Positions 25,074 through 37,803 of a stretch of 64,000 bases of DNA are shown here, in pieces. Source of the stretch: Nageia nagi (taxonomy: Eukaryota > Plantae > Pinophyta); assembly GCA_050084985.1 (NCBI GenBank), contig JBITNC010000001.1, forward strand, positions 204,414,001-204,478,000. The letters run 5' to 3'. The notes beneath the pieces are model-generated. The model did not search any database. It had not been told where the DNA came from and saw nothing but the letters and a program-made list of their open reading frames with translations. The translations under genes and the position numbers were made by a program. Position 1 is the first letter of the stretch. Each line of letters opens with the position of its first letter.

Positions 25074-28000
25074 ATGGCAAAGATCAATTCTAAGCTAGGC
25101 AAATCCAGAGAGATGCAATTAGCTAAGCTGACTGAGCACAGTTAGATAGAATTCATGAAGGAAAATCTCTAAGATCCTTTGAAGTAGGCCAAGTTCAAAA
25201 ATAGCCTTACCAACATTTGCGATACCAATTGGTCTCACACTGACTTGATTCGGACACTCCAAGCCATTGGGGAATTAAACAAATTCCAAATTCTTAAAGT
25301 AGTATGCACATCTGGATTGGTGACTGCCATCTTAATCCCTTTTGTTGTTCCTTTTCTAGAACTATGCTAGGAAGTAGGTAGACATGCCAACATCAAGGAT
25401 CAAGCCCTCTACGACAATGATGGAAACAAGATCCTAGATTTCTTTCCTTCGGGGATTGAGGAAGCCTTTACGTGTAGTAAAGGGGTCATGTATACAGAGA
25501 GAGATTCTTTAGAATGTTATGAGAAGTCTCCACAAGCTGCATGTCTTATTAGAGACTGGCTCGAAGATGAAAGCAAGGGGTTTACGGGAAACAAACTATT
25601 GAATGCAAAAAGGCAGCACTTCTACCCCACAGTGTCCATGATTATGAGCATGTTGTCTAGGGTCACTAGCAAAGAAGACTTCAAGTTTCGGAGGTAGTTT
25701 ACTGGATTCATTTCCATGATCGGGAATCGACAGAGAATAAGGTGGAGTAAGGTGATTAATGACTCCCTCTTATTCCAATTGGCTCACATTGGCTCCTCGA
25801 GAAAATTCTACATGAATTCCTATCTAGTCTTCCTTCTCCTCCATGGCACAAATAGGAGATCAGCCCATGCAAACGTTGAGATCTTGAACAATCCAGAGAA
25901 GCCTGTATGGAGAGCTTACCCCAAGTGGTGGTTAGACTCCAGATGGGACTATTATGCCATGAAGAATGATGGATGGGAGTTCCAAATTTACAAAGAAATT
26001 AAGGGAAGGAAAATGGTGAAAAGGATCTCCGATTCAGCCGTTGAGTATATCCGAGGGCATGTCGACTATTTCATGGAAGACCTCGCGCATACTTACATTC
26101 GAGTCTATGGCTCCGAAGTCAAACCTTATCTTTTGCCCTGGTATGCCAGTAATCGCTTCATCCTCATGGAGTTTTGCAAGCAGCTACTACTTCTATATGA
26201 AAATGTATGGAAGAAGAAAAATGCTACGACCAATCTCCCCATTTCAATTGGGGATTATGCTTGTTCAACTTGGCAAGAGGCCAAGGAGATGGGCAAAGAA
26301 CTGTCCTATTATCACTTCAGCGAGCAGGAGGCAACCTCCCACTATGATCTTGAAGGAAGAATTCAGTGTTTCTATAAATAGGCATTTAGGAATCCTGTGA
26401 TCTATGAGCGTCGACCTCTTGGAGACAAGGAGAGATATAGGAACAAGAGGGAAGAAAAGCAAATTCAAGAGGTCCATCAGATCTTAATAGCTGAGGGACG
26501 AATCAACAGAAGAATCCCGAACTTGAATGATCCCCTGGTCATCCCAGCTGACAAGTCCACCTCCTCCTCAAGAGTGAGGAAACATCAGGGACGAACAGGA
26601 GAGCATGCCACCATGGGTGGGCCTAAGCCTGGAATTCACATCGTAGGCAAAGAGATCACCAAGGATGTTGATGTCATGAAAGAAACGGGGTACTTGAATT
26701 TCCCTCTCCAACAGGTTGAGGATGCTATCCTCAAGGACGTCCCTATGATGCCTATCATACCTATCTGAGCTGAGAACCCTTTGGCCCTCTTTAACCTCTT
26801 GACACCTGCAAAGGAACACGTAGTAGATACGTTCTCGGAGCCTATTGAGGCCGAAATTCAAGAAGATGCTCCCGTTGTAAACCAACCCGAAGAACTTGAC
26901 TCGTCAAGCTTATCTTCCGATTTTGAGACATCCTTTGAATCATTTGGTTCACAGGAATCGAGTTCGGAAGGAGGGGAGATTGAAAAGGAGCACGAAGAAG
27001 AGCACAAGGATAGTGAAGGCTCCTCGTCTAACACACAAGACACTCAAATCATAGACATCGAGGGAGAATTTGATACAGAAGAAGTTGATGAGGCCTTGCC
27101 CTCCAAATCCACACCGGTGAAGCAGGTTGCTTCTTCCGAATCTGCTACCCCTTAAAGGAAAAGAAGATCGTTCCCCAGGAAGGGAGCTTCTCAAACGGCC
27201 CCCAATAAACCTTCAAAGCTAAATAGAACTTTTGTAGTTTGAGATGGAGGAGATGAGGATGATTAGGGAGAAAATGAGGATCAGAAGAGTAGAAGAAAGT
27301 AACAAGAGCATGGTAGTCATAGATCATCGAAAAGTAAAGAGAAGCCAGCCCAAACAAAAAGCCAACAGTTAAGAATTGAGGAAATTCCCCGAGAATCTAA
27401 TCCAGCCAATACAGACATTGCCTTGGCCAACATTGCAGTTAGCTCAGCGCAACAGAAAGAGTATGACTTTGACATTGATGCAGTGATCAAAGATCTTCAA
27501 ATGAGCTATAGGAGCGATGATGAAGAATCTAGCCAAAGGAAGGAAGTTATGTCGGAGGATTCCCTGATCGAGGAGATAGACACTTTCATGTCTATGAAGA
27601 GTGATAAAGTGATCATCAATAGGTGCTATTCTAGGAAAAAGCATCCATAAGATTTGCAAGACGTGCGAGTCCACACTGAGGAGTTCAAAGTGAAGAAGAT
27701 TGGGTGGGCTGGATGCAAGCATGCTATTAACTACAATGTGGATGAGATGGTCAGACAAGGGATCGAGAGGGAAAATACAATCAAGGAGTTGAAGAAATAT
27801 TTGGCTTGGAAGAATAAGCTAGTGAAAGAAATAGAGGTTGCAAAGATGACCGTTGAAGATATGAAAGTGCAAACTTCACTAAACGTTGGTATAACTTTTA
27901 CCAAGGAGACTTAGTCAATGCAGTGATGAGAATAGTTAATGAACTCTCACTGTGGCTAGTTGCCCTCATAGACAAGCAAAATATCGAGGAGAATACAACG

Positions 28001-28555
28001 ACTGTCGTCTCACAGTTACTTCAAGATTTTCAAAATCACGAGCAAGCTATCCAAAACATTAGAAGGGCGTCTGAAGGACAACCTAGCCGAGTGCAGTATT
28101 GCCAAGAATTTGTCTATCACTTGTGTTGGTTGAGGTTCGTTGCGAGGGATTGTGCCAATCTCACATAGGCAAGGGTCGAGTTAATGTTAGCCTTAACCTT
28201 TCAAATGAGCCAGTTTGTGCAACCGGTCAGTTTTGTGAATCAAGATGGAAGTGTCAGGCGAGTTGAGCTCATTGTGTAGGAAGTTCAAAATATCATCAGA
28301 GAGCTCATCTTCACAAAGGATGTGAATTTATAGAGAGCCGAGACCCAAATTGAGAATCAACAAAATTTGGCCTTTTGGAAGTTTCAGATGGAGGCTACCT
28401 CTCAGCTCATCCTTGACAATAGAAAGGATGAGGAATTGTTGGGTGCGCTCATTGTAGGACTTGCCAAAGCTAAGGCTTTCTTCGATCACAAGTCTCATGG
28501 GATTCCCGAGGACGTATTTGCTGCTGCTCACGTTGCCAGTCCCACAGAGGGATGA
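25074..28555 (+). pseudogene. Decayed ~1,150-codon retroelement accessory ORF (conserved N-terminal domain, acidic/disordered middle, coiled-coil-like C-terminus)
   Basis: ATG 25074 and ORF-track segments 25488, 25716, 26397, 26781, 27423 and 27654 all share one frame; 27923 and 28367 follow after one frameshift. Homologous to 52195-55460 (MKNDGWEFQIYKEIKG vs MKNDGWEYEIYKELKG; YIRVYGSEVKPYLLP vs NIRLYRSAVEPYQLP). Confidence 0.85.
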
Positions 28556-31500
28556 TTGGACAAATGCATATTTCTTTTATTTTTTGCTAAAACTTTTATA
28601 TATTTTAAATCTCGCACTGTGATAGATGACTTTTTGCTCCCACAATTGCGAAAAGACTTGATTTGACATTCAAATGGAATCCGATTTGATCGGGTGTGAT
28701 TAGATATGAATATGATTGATGTGACATTTGGTGGTGCTGTTTGATTGCAGTTTTTGCTTTTTGCTAGTGGTTTTTACACTTTTCGATATAGTATTAGGGT
28801 TGTATGGTTGTTTAGGGAAAATCTATAATATTAGGGCAACACTTCATTTAATGAAGTTGTCAGTCGCGTACTATAAGTACCCTTCACCGTGTCATTTTGG
28901 TAGCTGGTTATGCAGTTAAGGATAGGGAGATAGATAGATGCATAAGCATAGAAATTTTGTAATTGCTTTTGTGAGCTGAATGTCAATCTTTTGAGGAGCA
29001 TACTTTGGAGCATATATTTTGCAGTTGAGGTTTCCATTGCATGTATGTATGATCTATCATTCTGGGAGACTCTATTATTAATGGAAGTATGATTGCTTAT
29101 TTCATGGAATTGCAGTTATGTTAATGGCACGATATACATGTTGTTGCATCATTTATACATTTATAAGCATTTCCTTTGAAAGTCTGACACTTTAGGGAAA
29201 TATGGTTGAATATCTTTCTTGAATGGATGAATGATCATTTTTGCAATTTGCATTCAGTTGTATTATTTTGCAATTTCTCTGCTTTTATGATATTTGATTG
29301 GCTTTATTTGCTGGAAATGGGAAACTAATTCATATACCACCTCATAACCACCCTACCATACCAACTATTGCCTTGTGCCCTTGCTTGGGAAAGATCCGGA
29401 CCCAGTCGTTTCCTCCCTAGCTTGATAATCCCAATAGAAATTTCCTAATAAATCCGAAAGCAAAGCCTTCAAACCTTGTATGACGATAAAAAAATCATTA
29501 CTTTGTTGTCAACTGCTAAGTTCACTTTGTTCTTGCATATCCTTGCATCTCGAATACCATCGCCTTTTGCTTTAAGTACTATCATGAAAGCTACAAAGAA
29601 ATTGTGAAAGAATCGCAATAGGTCCGTAATTACTTTGAGTTAGCCACCCCGAGCACATTCTTACCTTAGCCACTTCCTCGATAGAAAAACACCAATTGGT
29701 AGGGAAATCCGTTTAAAGTCATAGGGAGCCCCTTTAGAGTTCCGAAGATGCATAAACCTTGGGGTTAAAGTCCTTTCAAGTGGAGGTAAGTAACGCTACC
29801 TCACTCTTCTTGGTGTCGTTTCCCATGGGGGGAAACAAAGTCACGTCAGCAAGTGGGAAAGAGGTCATAGGTGCCAAGGGAAGGCACAAAATTTCTACAT
29901 TGAAGTTATTGAGGATGAAGAAATAGAAATAGAACTAGAACCATGCCAACATGAGTTTCGAGATTAGGAGTACTAGCTACCTTGAAAGGAAAATCTCAAT
30001 TCCTCACCCTCAAAGTGGAAGGAGTAGGCAAAAGCAAGGTCTTAGTGCTTATAGATGGTAGAGCTACACACAACTTTATAGATTAGGATTTTGTTAAGGA
30101 AAAAGGACTCAATACACAAGAATTTGAAGGCTTCGGTGTAGCAATGGGCAATGACAATGTCACAACAAGCAACAAATTGGTAGAAAGACTAAAGGTGAGC
30201 TTGGTCATTTATTGCGTGACCAGTGACTTCTTTTCCGCATATAGTACGTGGAATACAATGGTTGTACACCTTGGGGGAAATCACCTCCAACTATAGAACA
30301 CTGGAAATGAAATTTAAGGTTGAAGGTCATGAGGTACACCTACGAGGCATCAAGGACAAAGGAGGAATCAAGGCTAGATATAATAGGATGGAGGAAGTTT
30401 AGTACAACAGAAATAGCTCCAACAAGAAGATTTCACATAAAATTGAAGATGAAGATGAATGTGGAAAGAAACAAGTTGATTCAAGCTCAATTGTTGTATT
30501 TGTAAATCCGAATTGCTTGGGGACAAGCAATTTGGGAGGGGTGGATTTGTAATATGCCCAAATTTGGGAAGTCTCACTCACTCTAGCACCAGGAAGTGGG
30601 ACGTGCACCCTCATGGTGCTCTTTAGCATTTTAGGAGTATTTTCATTAGGAAAATTGGGTAAATATTTCACTAATTTAGGCAATATTTATGAGATTTTTG
30701 TATGTAATTTCCCACTTGGAGGCTCTCCAACATGGGACGTAGGACTCTAGGAGTCATTATTTGTTATTTTAATGTATTAATTGCATGAGCCAATTAATGG
30801 TGCCAAATAAATATTGTAATTAAAATACCAAGGCAATTATTATTTGTAAATGCAATATTTGTCTCTTAAAATGAGGCGTTGCATATTTCTAGCCTTGATG
30901 AATGTAATTTGGCATTCCGGGGAACTTTAATGCCTCTCCATGTAATTATGATTCCCCCTAGGCCCAACATCACACGTAGGTGCAGAGCACAAGGATCACA
31001 AGGGGGAAACACTCATCCCTAGGCGCAAGAGAATCCAAGAGGAAGATGTGGCATCTAGAGATACATATTGTCACCGTTAGATGTGATTTCATGGATCCCA
31101 AAGATACCCACATTGCAATGTCACACTACAAGGATACATCCAAACCATCTAAAGCAATCGTAGTGATCCCAAGGCGCATGGAATCACCTAGAAGGTGGAT
31201 GCAAGACCTAGAGGCCATTTGAAGACTATAAAAGCAAGTTGAGGCCTCACTTGAAGATATACTTGTTGGTAATTATTTCTCTTTTCTTCAGGTTGTGGGC
31301 ATTGACTCCTTCTGTAAACTTTTGTGGACAAAAACCCTCAAGAGAGGTGTTGAAGCTTAGCGAGGTTTTAGGGTTGTACGGATCGCTACTTTGAGCCATA
31401 GCACACCTTAAAGGCTTTGCTAGCTATCTAGGGGTGTTGATATTATCTAAACACTACTAGAGACCTTGGTGTCTTGGCCATAGCTTGTGGAGGAGGAAGA

Positions 31501-32326
31501 CCTGGTTCAAGCCTTGCCTGTCTGTGGGACAATCTTGGTGCTATTTCATTGTTCTTCGCTACTTTATTGAAGATCTTCAGTTAGGGCATCATTTTGCTCT
31601 AAGACAAGGCATGTAATATGATTCTCATAGCAATATTATTAAATTACATTTTACAGCTCAATCATTGTGTTATCTTTTGAAGTCTTACCTTAGTAGGCCA
31701 AACATTGGGATTGTGCATGCTATATTTCATTATTATGCTATCTTGCTTGGACGTTGGGTTTACTTTAGCATAATTGCATGTTCGTTTATGAATTCTTGCT
31801 TTATGACTTAACATTTGGTATTTTGGATGCTTGTTGTTGAGTTTATGCACTATAGGTGAGACATTGGGTCACTCAGGACCCCAATGTTGGATTGTGGAGT
31901 GCTAGTTTAGCCCCTAGAGGCTAGACATCTGCATTTGGGAGCTTGGATAGGGAGTTCCCCTTTGGCACGATACCGAATCGACCCTGATTTGGAAAATTAG
32001 AGAACCTTGCATATATGTAGATGTAGTTCCATATGCATGCCTTAGATTGAGTATTAGCAGAATGTTCACACCATTTACTTTTGAGGTGTGTCTTTGCATT
32101 ATGCATTATGCTATTGCTAATGTTACATGAGAAGAAATAGTTGAACATCCCAACTAGAGGGCACTTCCTTGTTAGATTAATGCAAAAGCTCCCTTATGTA
32201 ATATAAACTTTTTTTATTATACCTCTCTATTATGTACTTGTCCTCATTGGTTTGTCCTTTTCTTGTTTTCCCTCCCATGTGGGCCCTTTTGTTATATGTT
32301 CCCACCTCTACATGCCCTTTTTCTCC

Positions 32327-35300
32327 TGTAAAGATCCAATTACAATCTCAAGTGCAAATTAGCAATTTCAACCAAGCAAATACCCACATCTGGCCTAGAA
32401 ATGCAAATACAAGTATTCAAACCCTCACAATGCCAACGTTAGGGTTAGGGTATCAATTACAAACTTCCACAACAGAACAATGCCAATGTCTGGCTCATAC
32501 ATGAATGAATGAGTAAGCAAACCACAATGTTGCAATAGTAAAGCATACACAAGACAAATATGGTGATCCAATGCCCAACGACTGTATATATGATAAATGA
32601 AGATCAACAATACAATACCAGGCCCACTAGGGCTGACATTAGCCTCAAGGGAGCCAACTAGGGAACAATGTGTATCCTCAAATTGGACAGACAGATGGGA
32701 CAATCTTGCTCCCTCAAAACCCAAATCCTTTCCATCGAAGGAGCCCTCCTCTAATCTTGAAAACGGTTGAAGGTAGAAGCGCAACCTCGAAATACCACCG
32801 GATGGACAAGGGTGCTACACCAATGTCATAGACTAACAGGATCCCTCAGCCTAGTAATCCTCCTAGATGTTGCACCTAGGGATTTGCTTAGTGTTGCGCT
32901 AAGTCTCTTATCCTCTGGACGGTATCAAAGAATATAATAATCAAGTATATTCAGCAATGAGGCTCCAATGTCTTTTATAACACTTTACTGGATCTGAATC
33001 TCACCTAGGAGTCATCACCATGCTCCTTTACTTCAACGTTAGCCTCTTGGGGGCCTAGAATGCCGATCATGGGTGCCTAGGGATAAGGTATTCCCAACAT
33101 GGGTACCTAGGTGCCATAAATGCCAACTTTGGGGGGTGTGAAGTGCCACGCATGCCCAATGTGGGTCTAGGAGCCATGTGTGGGGGCTAGGTGTCATCAT
33201 TGGCCACATGGGGGTCTAAGAGTCTCCCCAAGGCTAGTGCATGTACATAAGTGCTCATCCATCCACCTAAGTGCTAAATAGATCTTGGGATTCCCACAAT
33301 CATGATTGGGATCTCCAAGTACAATAAAACTCCTAATCTATGCTTGGGCAGGAGACATCCCACTTGGGGCTCACAATGGGGTCAATTAAGCCTTCTATCT
33401 CAAGTCTTAACTTAAAGCACAATAACAATAATTAAATATAATACAGAGGGGGAATTCGTTGGATTCCATAATTAATTATATCAATGTAAGGGGGATGTCA
33501 CAGCTTCCGCTCTTGAATTGCTTGCCCTCAAGCAATGGTGGAAAGCTCCAGTACATTGTTTTCCAAGAATCCTTCAACCTTGTAGCCTAGAATCTGCTAA
33601 AGTGAAATGCAACTTCAATATATCCCCTCCATGATGTAGGCCTCGTATGAACTGCTGAAGTTGCATCCTCATGCATCGATAATGGATGCAAAAACTCTGA
33701 TATACTGCAATTGTCACTTCTCATCAACTACTCCATGACTATTCTCAACAAGCGTGGGGATGTATATATGTCTCCGTGAGGATGTACCTGCAAAAACCTC
33801 AAGTAAATTATGGGTGAGTATAAACAAGCGGAGCCTATGCTCCATAGTTGAGGCTAGGCCTTCCCCAAGCTCAATGTGGGGTTCCAAAATCTCCCAACTA
33901 CCAACATGAGATCGAAACTCCTCTATCTTCCAACGTGGGATGCCAAGTTGTCTCCTAGCCTACTGTCAAGTATCTAACCCTCCCCAAGTCCAATGTGGGA
34001 AACCAATAGTCCATCAACCAAAATGTTGGGTTCCCAAGCCTCATTAATGCCATCATGGAGTGCCCAAATTCCTCCATACCTATCATCATGCACCAGAATC
34101 CATCAACCTCCCACGTGAGGTGTAGAAGTCTCCTTGAGTCCAGTGTGGGATGCAAGAGCTCCTTCAAGCCCATCATCCAGCTCCAATCCTTCTTAGTTCT
34201 CTGTATGAGGGGTAGAAGTTCCCTCAAGTCCAATGTTAGGTGGCAATCCTCCTCAAGGCCCAATGTGAGGTACCTAGCCTTCTCAAGGCTCAATGCAAGG
34301 TGCAAGAGGTCCTCCATGCTCAACGTGCAACATCTAGCCTCCCCAAGCTCTAACGTGGTGTGTTAGAGGCCTTCCAGGCTCCATGTCAGGTATCCAAGCT
34401 CGATGCAACGTGGGGTAGGGGAGCTCCTCAGTGCTCCTCTCCTCATGCCCATACTCCTCCATGTCCAACGTGACCTCATTTTCAGCTTCCTCCTTCTGGC
34501 ACCACTCAATCACCTCCATTCGCTTGTTATCTACCTGTGGACAATCATCACGAATTCCCTTCAATGTATGGATCTTTCCATCGATCTCGAAACTCAGAGT
34601 GAGTTTCTAGTAGTTGGTGTGGATGTCACCTAAATCAAATAGCCACTGCACTCCTAGAATAATGGAATGGATAAACATAGAAGTTCTCCCTCACTGTGTA
34701 ACTCTGTAGCCTCACTCCAAACCTCTCAACAATATGATCCACAAGCGTGAGTTTCCCATTAGCATTAGGAACTCTAAATCCTTTGAATCCCTTAGTTTTC
34801 AGGTTCTTCTCTACAAATCATGCATCGATAAAGTTATGGGATGCTCCTAGATCAATCAGGACCCTCACATCTTGTCCATCTGCTTGCCCCACCACCTTCA
34901 GCATGAGGTACTTCTTCACCCGATGGAGTGAAGCAATCATGCTCCCTAATGAGCCTTTCGCCTTGGGTGATTCCTGGTCTAGTATATCAACACCAAGATC
35001 CAAATCTGAATCATTCGACACCTCCTCAGAAAACACCTCTATGTAGTGCACTTGCCCCTTGCCTTGGCAACGATGCCCTGGCTCCCAAGTTTTCTTGCAA
35101 TAGAAGCACTTGCCTTCCTCCCTTAGCTTTTTCCGAGTGGTTGCATCTAATTGAGTCGTCCAAGGTGGGGGAAAGGGTTTGGCCTTTCTAGGCCCCTCCT
35201 CGTCTGCAAAAGTCTTCCAGGTGGCTGGCCCCTTGTATGTCTTCCCTCCCTTGAGGGATTTCACTATTGGCTCTAGATCGTATGCAGCCTGAATGGCATC

Positions 35301-37803
35301 ATCAAGGTTCCTAGGTGAGGATACCTTGACCATTCCCTACAATGGTTCCATCAATCCCTCTATGAAGAGAAATGTCAACCGCTCCTTAGAAATGTGATGA
35401 ATCATAACTGCAATCTTCTGTAATTTCGATACATACTCATCCACTGCCCCTTGTTGCCTCAAAGATGTCAAATCTTGAAAGTAGACATTCTCCTTCTTCC
35501 GATCAAACCTCTTAACTAGCAGTCTGGCAAACTCATCAAAGGAGATAATGAGTGAGTAATCTTGGTTGATTACTCCTTGCTACCACCATTCGAGGGCATC
35601 ACTTTCAAAATGTAGTGATGTAAAATGAATTGCACCTTCTTCAACCATGTTTGGGCTCAAGGTGAAGTAGGTTTGTAGCTGATGTAACCATGCCCTAGTA
35701 GTCATCTGCTTCCCATCATACATCTGTACTTACATTTTATTTATTTTCTGCTACAAGTCTCTCTTATCTCCCCACGAGTTGCTTGGGGTGTGTGGACCAT
35801 GTGTACCGCTTCCTTTCAACCCTAGGATCTCCAGGTAGCCATTAAAGTTTACATCTCTCTTCAATCTCGGATCCAACATGGAATACTCCCTGAAAATCTG
35901 ATTTAGCTCCAATGGTACAGGAACCCTATTCTTCGCATCCTCCCCTAACTTCTTGGCGAACATGGGCTTGGACGGCTTGGGGATGATGGGTTGTTCCCCA
36001 ATCTTGCCATTGTCCTTATCTTGGTACCTCCCTAGGAGAGGGTTAGTACCCTGTGGTGCTCGATGTGAGTAGGATATCAGGAACGTGGGTTCTGGATGAC
36101 CCATAGATCTGTGATGAGTGGATTCCCGATCCCTCAAACAATGGGATCTTTTCATACTCGCCTCCCTATTTGCTATAGCCTCTTCATGCGACTCTTCTCC
36201 TTCATCTGGGATAGGATGTAGGGGCTAATATGCCTTTCTGGCTCGTCTCGAACTCCCACATGTCTGTTCAATTGTCGCTACATGGTAGTAATTGCTCCCG
36301 TCATGCTATGAATGGCTGAAATAAGCTCATCGAGCTTTCACTCAGGTGTGGATGCTCGAGATGGAGTAGGGTTTCTCCTGGCCGATGCTGACCTCCCTCC
36401 TGGCGCATCATTCTCCTCCCTGGATTCACCTTCATTTGGTACCTCATTCATCCATGGTTGACGTTCGTCCTCCTAGATGGCCCTAGAAGGTGCATCCTCT
36501 GCTTGTGACTTTCCGCTCTTCCTGGCAAATGCCATCTCCTTCTGAATGGTGGATATGGTGTAATAGCGGTGAATTGCTGGTATCATTCACAGGTTGGCCA
36601 GATCTAGGCTCTGATACCACTGTAAAGATCCAATTACAATCTCAAGTGCAAATTAACAATTTCAACGAAGCAAATACCCATGTCTAACCTAGAAATGCAA
36701 ATACAAGTATTCAAACCCTCACAATACCAACGTTAGGGTTAGGGCATCAATTACAAACTTCCACAACACAACAATGCCAACGTCTAGCTTATACATGCAT
36801 GAATGAGTAAGCAAATCACAATGTTGCAATAGTAAAACAAACACAAGACAAATATGGTGATCCAATGCCCAACGGTTGTATATAAGATAAATGATGATCA
36901 ACAATACAATACCAAGCCCAATAGGGCTGACCTTGTCCTCAAGGGAGCCAACTAGGGCACAATGTGTATTCTCAAACTGGACAGACGGATGGGATAGTCT
37001 TGCTTCCTTAGAACCTGAATCCTCTCCATTCAAGGAGCCCTCCTCTAATCCTGGAAACCATTGAAGTTAGAACCGCAACCTCGAAATACCACTGGATGGA
37101 CAAGGGTGCTACACCAATGTCGTGGACTAACAGGATCCCTCAGCTTGCTAATCCTCCTAGATGCTGGACCTAGGGATTTGCTTAGCGCTGCGCTAAGTCT
37201 TTTGTCCTCTAGATGGTATCAAAGAATATAATAATCTAGTATATCTAGCAATGAGGCTCCAATGCCTTTTATAACACTTTACTGGATCTGGATCTCACCT
37301 AGGAGTTATCACCCTACTCCTTTACTTCAACTTTAGCCTCTTGGAGGCCCAAAATGCCCAACATGGGTGCCTAGGAGTAAGGTATTCTCAACATGGGTAC
37401 CTAGGTGCCATAAATGCCAACTTGGGGGGTGTGAAGTGCCATGCATGTCCAACGTGGGTCTAGGAGCCATGTGTGGGGGCTAGGTGTTATCATTGGCGAC
37501 ATGGGGGTCTAAGAGTCTCCCTAAGGCTAGCGCGTGTACATAAGTGCTTATCCATCTACCTAAGTGCTAAACAGACCTTGGGATTCCCACAATCATGATC
37601 AGGATCTCCAAGTACAATAAAACTCCTAATCTATGCTTGGGAGGCAGATGTCCCACTTGGGGCTCACAATGGGGTCCATTGACCCATTAAGCCTTCTATC
37701 CCAAGTCCTAACTTAAAGCACAATAACAATAATTAAATATAATACAGAGGGGGAATTCGTTGGATTCCATAATTAATTATATCAATGTAAGGGGGATGTC
37801 ACA
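32327..37803 (-). mobile_element. Intact-ended non-autonomous chromovirus element B: LTRs 32327-33502 and 36621-37803, gag + protease, no RT/RH/INT
   Basis: Paired ~1.18-kb LTRs (TGTAAAGATCC...GGGATGTCACA) with TSD TCTCC/TTTCC and PBS GCTCTGATACCA at 36608-36619. Gag zinc knuckle CFYCKKTWEPGHRC and protease VLIDLGASHNFID are present. A degenerate PPT lies next to 33503. Confidence 0.9.
33860..34420 (-). repeat. Degenerate 33-bp (11-codon) tandem repeat downstream of the protease in element B
   Basis: Recurring CAAYGTGRGG motif at ~33-bp intervals. The translation shows LLHPTLD/LLHLAL/YLTLG-type units. Confidence 0.7.

Larger units (their letters stand above)
23112..29851 (+). mobile_element. 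Giant (6.7 kb) solo-LTR-like element (family II, copy 3) carrying a full-length accessory ORF
   Basis: Termini TGTTGACGT...ACGTCAGCA with degenerate TSD TGTGT/AGTGG. Splits the host gag zinc knuckle (KKLCFS | KWERGHRC). No gag/pol and no internal direct repeat of the termini seen. Confidence 0.85.
19636..32001 (+). mobile_element. Chromovirus-type element E: gag + protease only (TR-GAG-like), interrupted by the giant LTR-like element 23112-29851
   Basis: 5' LTR fragment ends GGAATATTACA at 20320, followed by PBS TGGTATGAGAGC. Gag remnants (AYEWWHHGLV, LTYLFMDGL, KKLCF...KWERGHRCQG) and protease (VLIDGRATHNFID, ~30043) are followed directly by NCLGTSNLGG, PPT GGGAGGGGTGGA and the 3' LTR 30548-~32001. 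The 3' LTR matches the 5' LTR fragment. Confidence 0.8.

Noticed and set aside
25716-27155. Host gene exons (221-aa and acidic 124-aa ORFs)
   Set aside because: They are in-frame pieces of one decayed ORF lying inside a TSD-flanked insertion, with homologues in three other insertions in the window.
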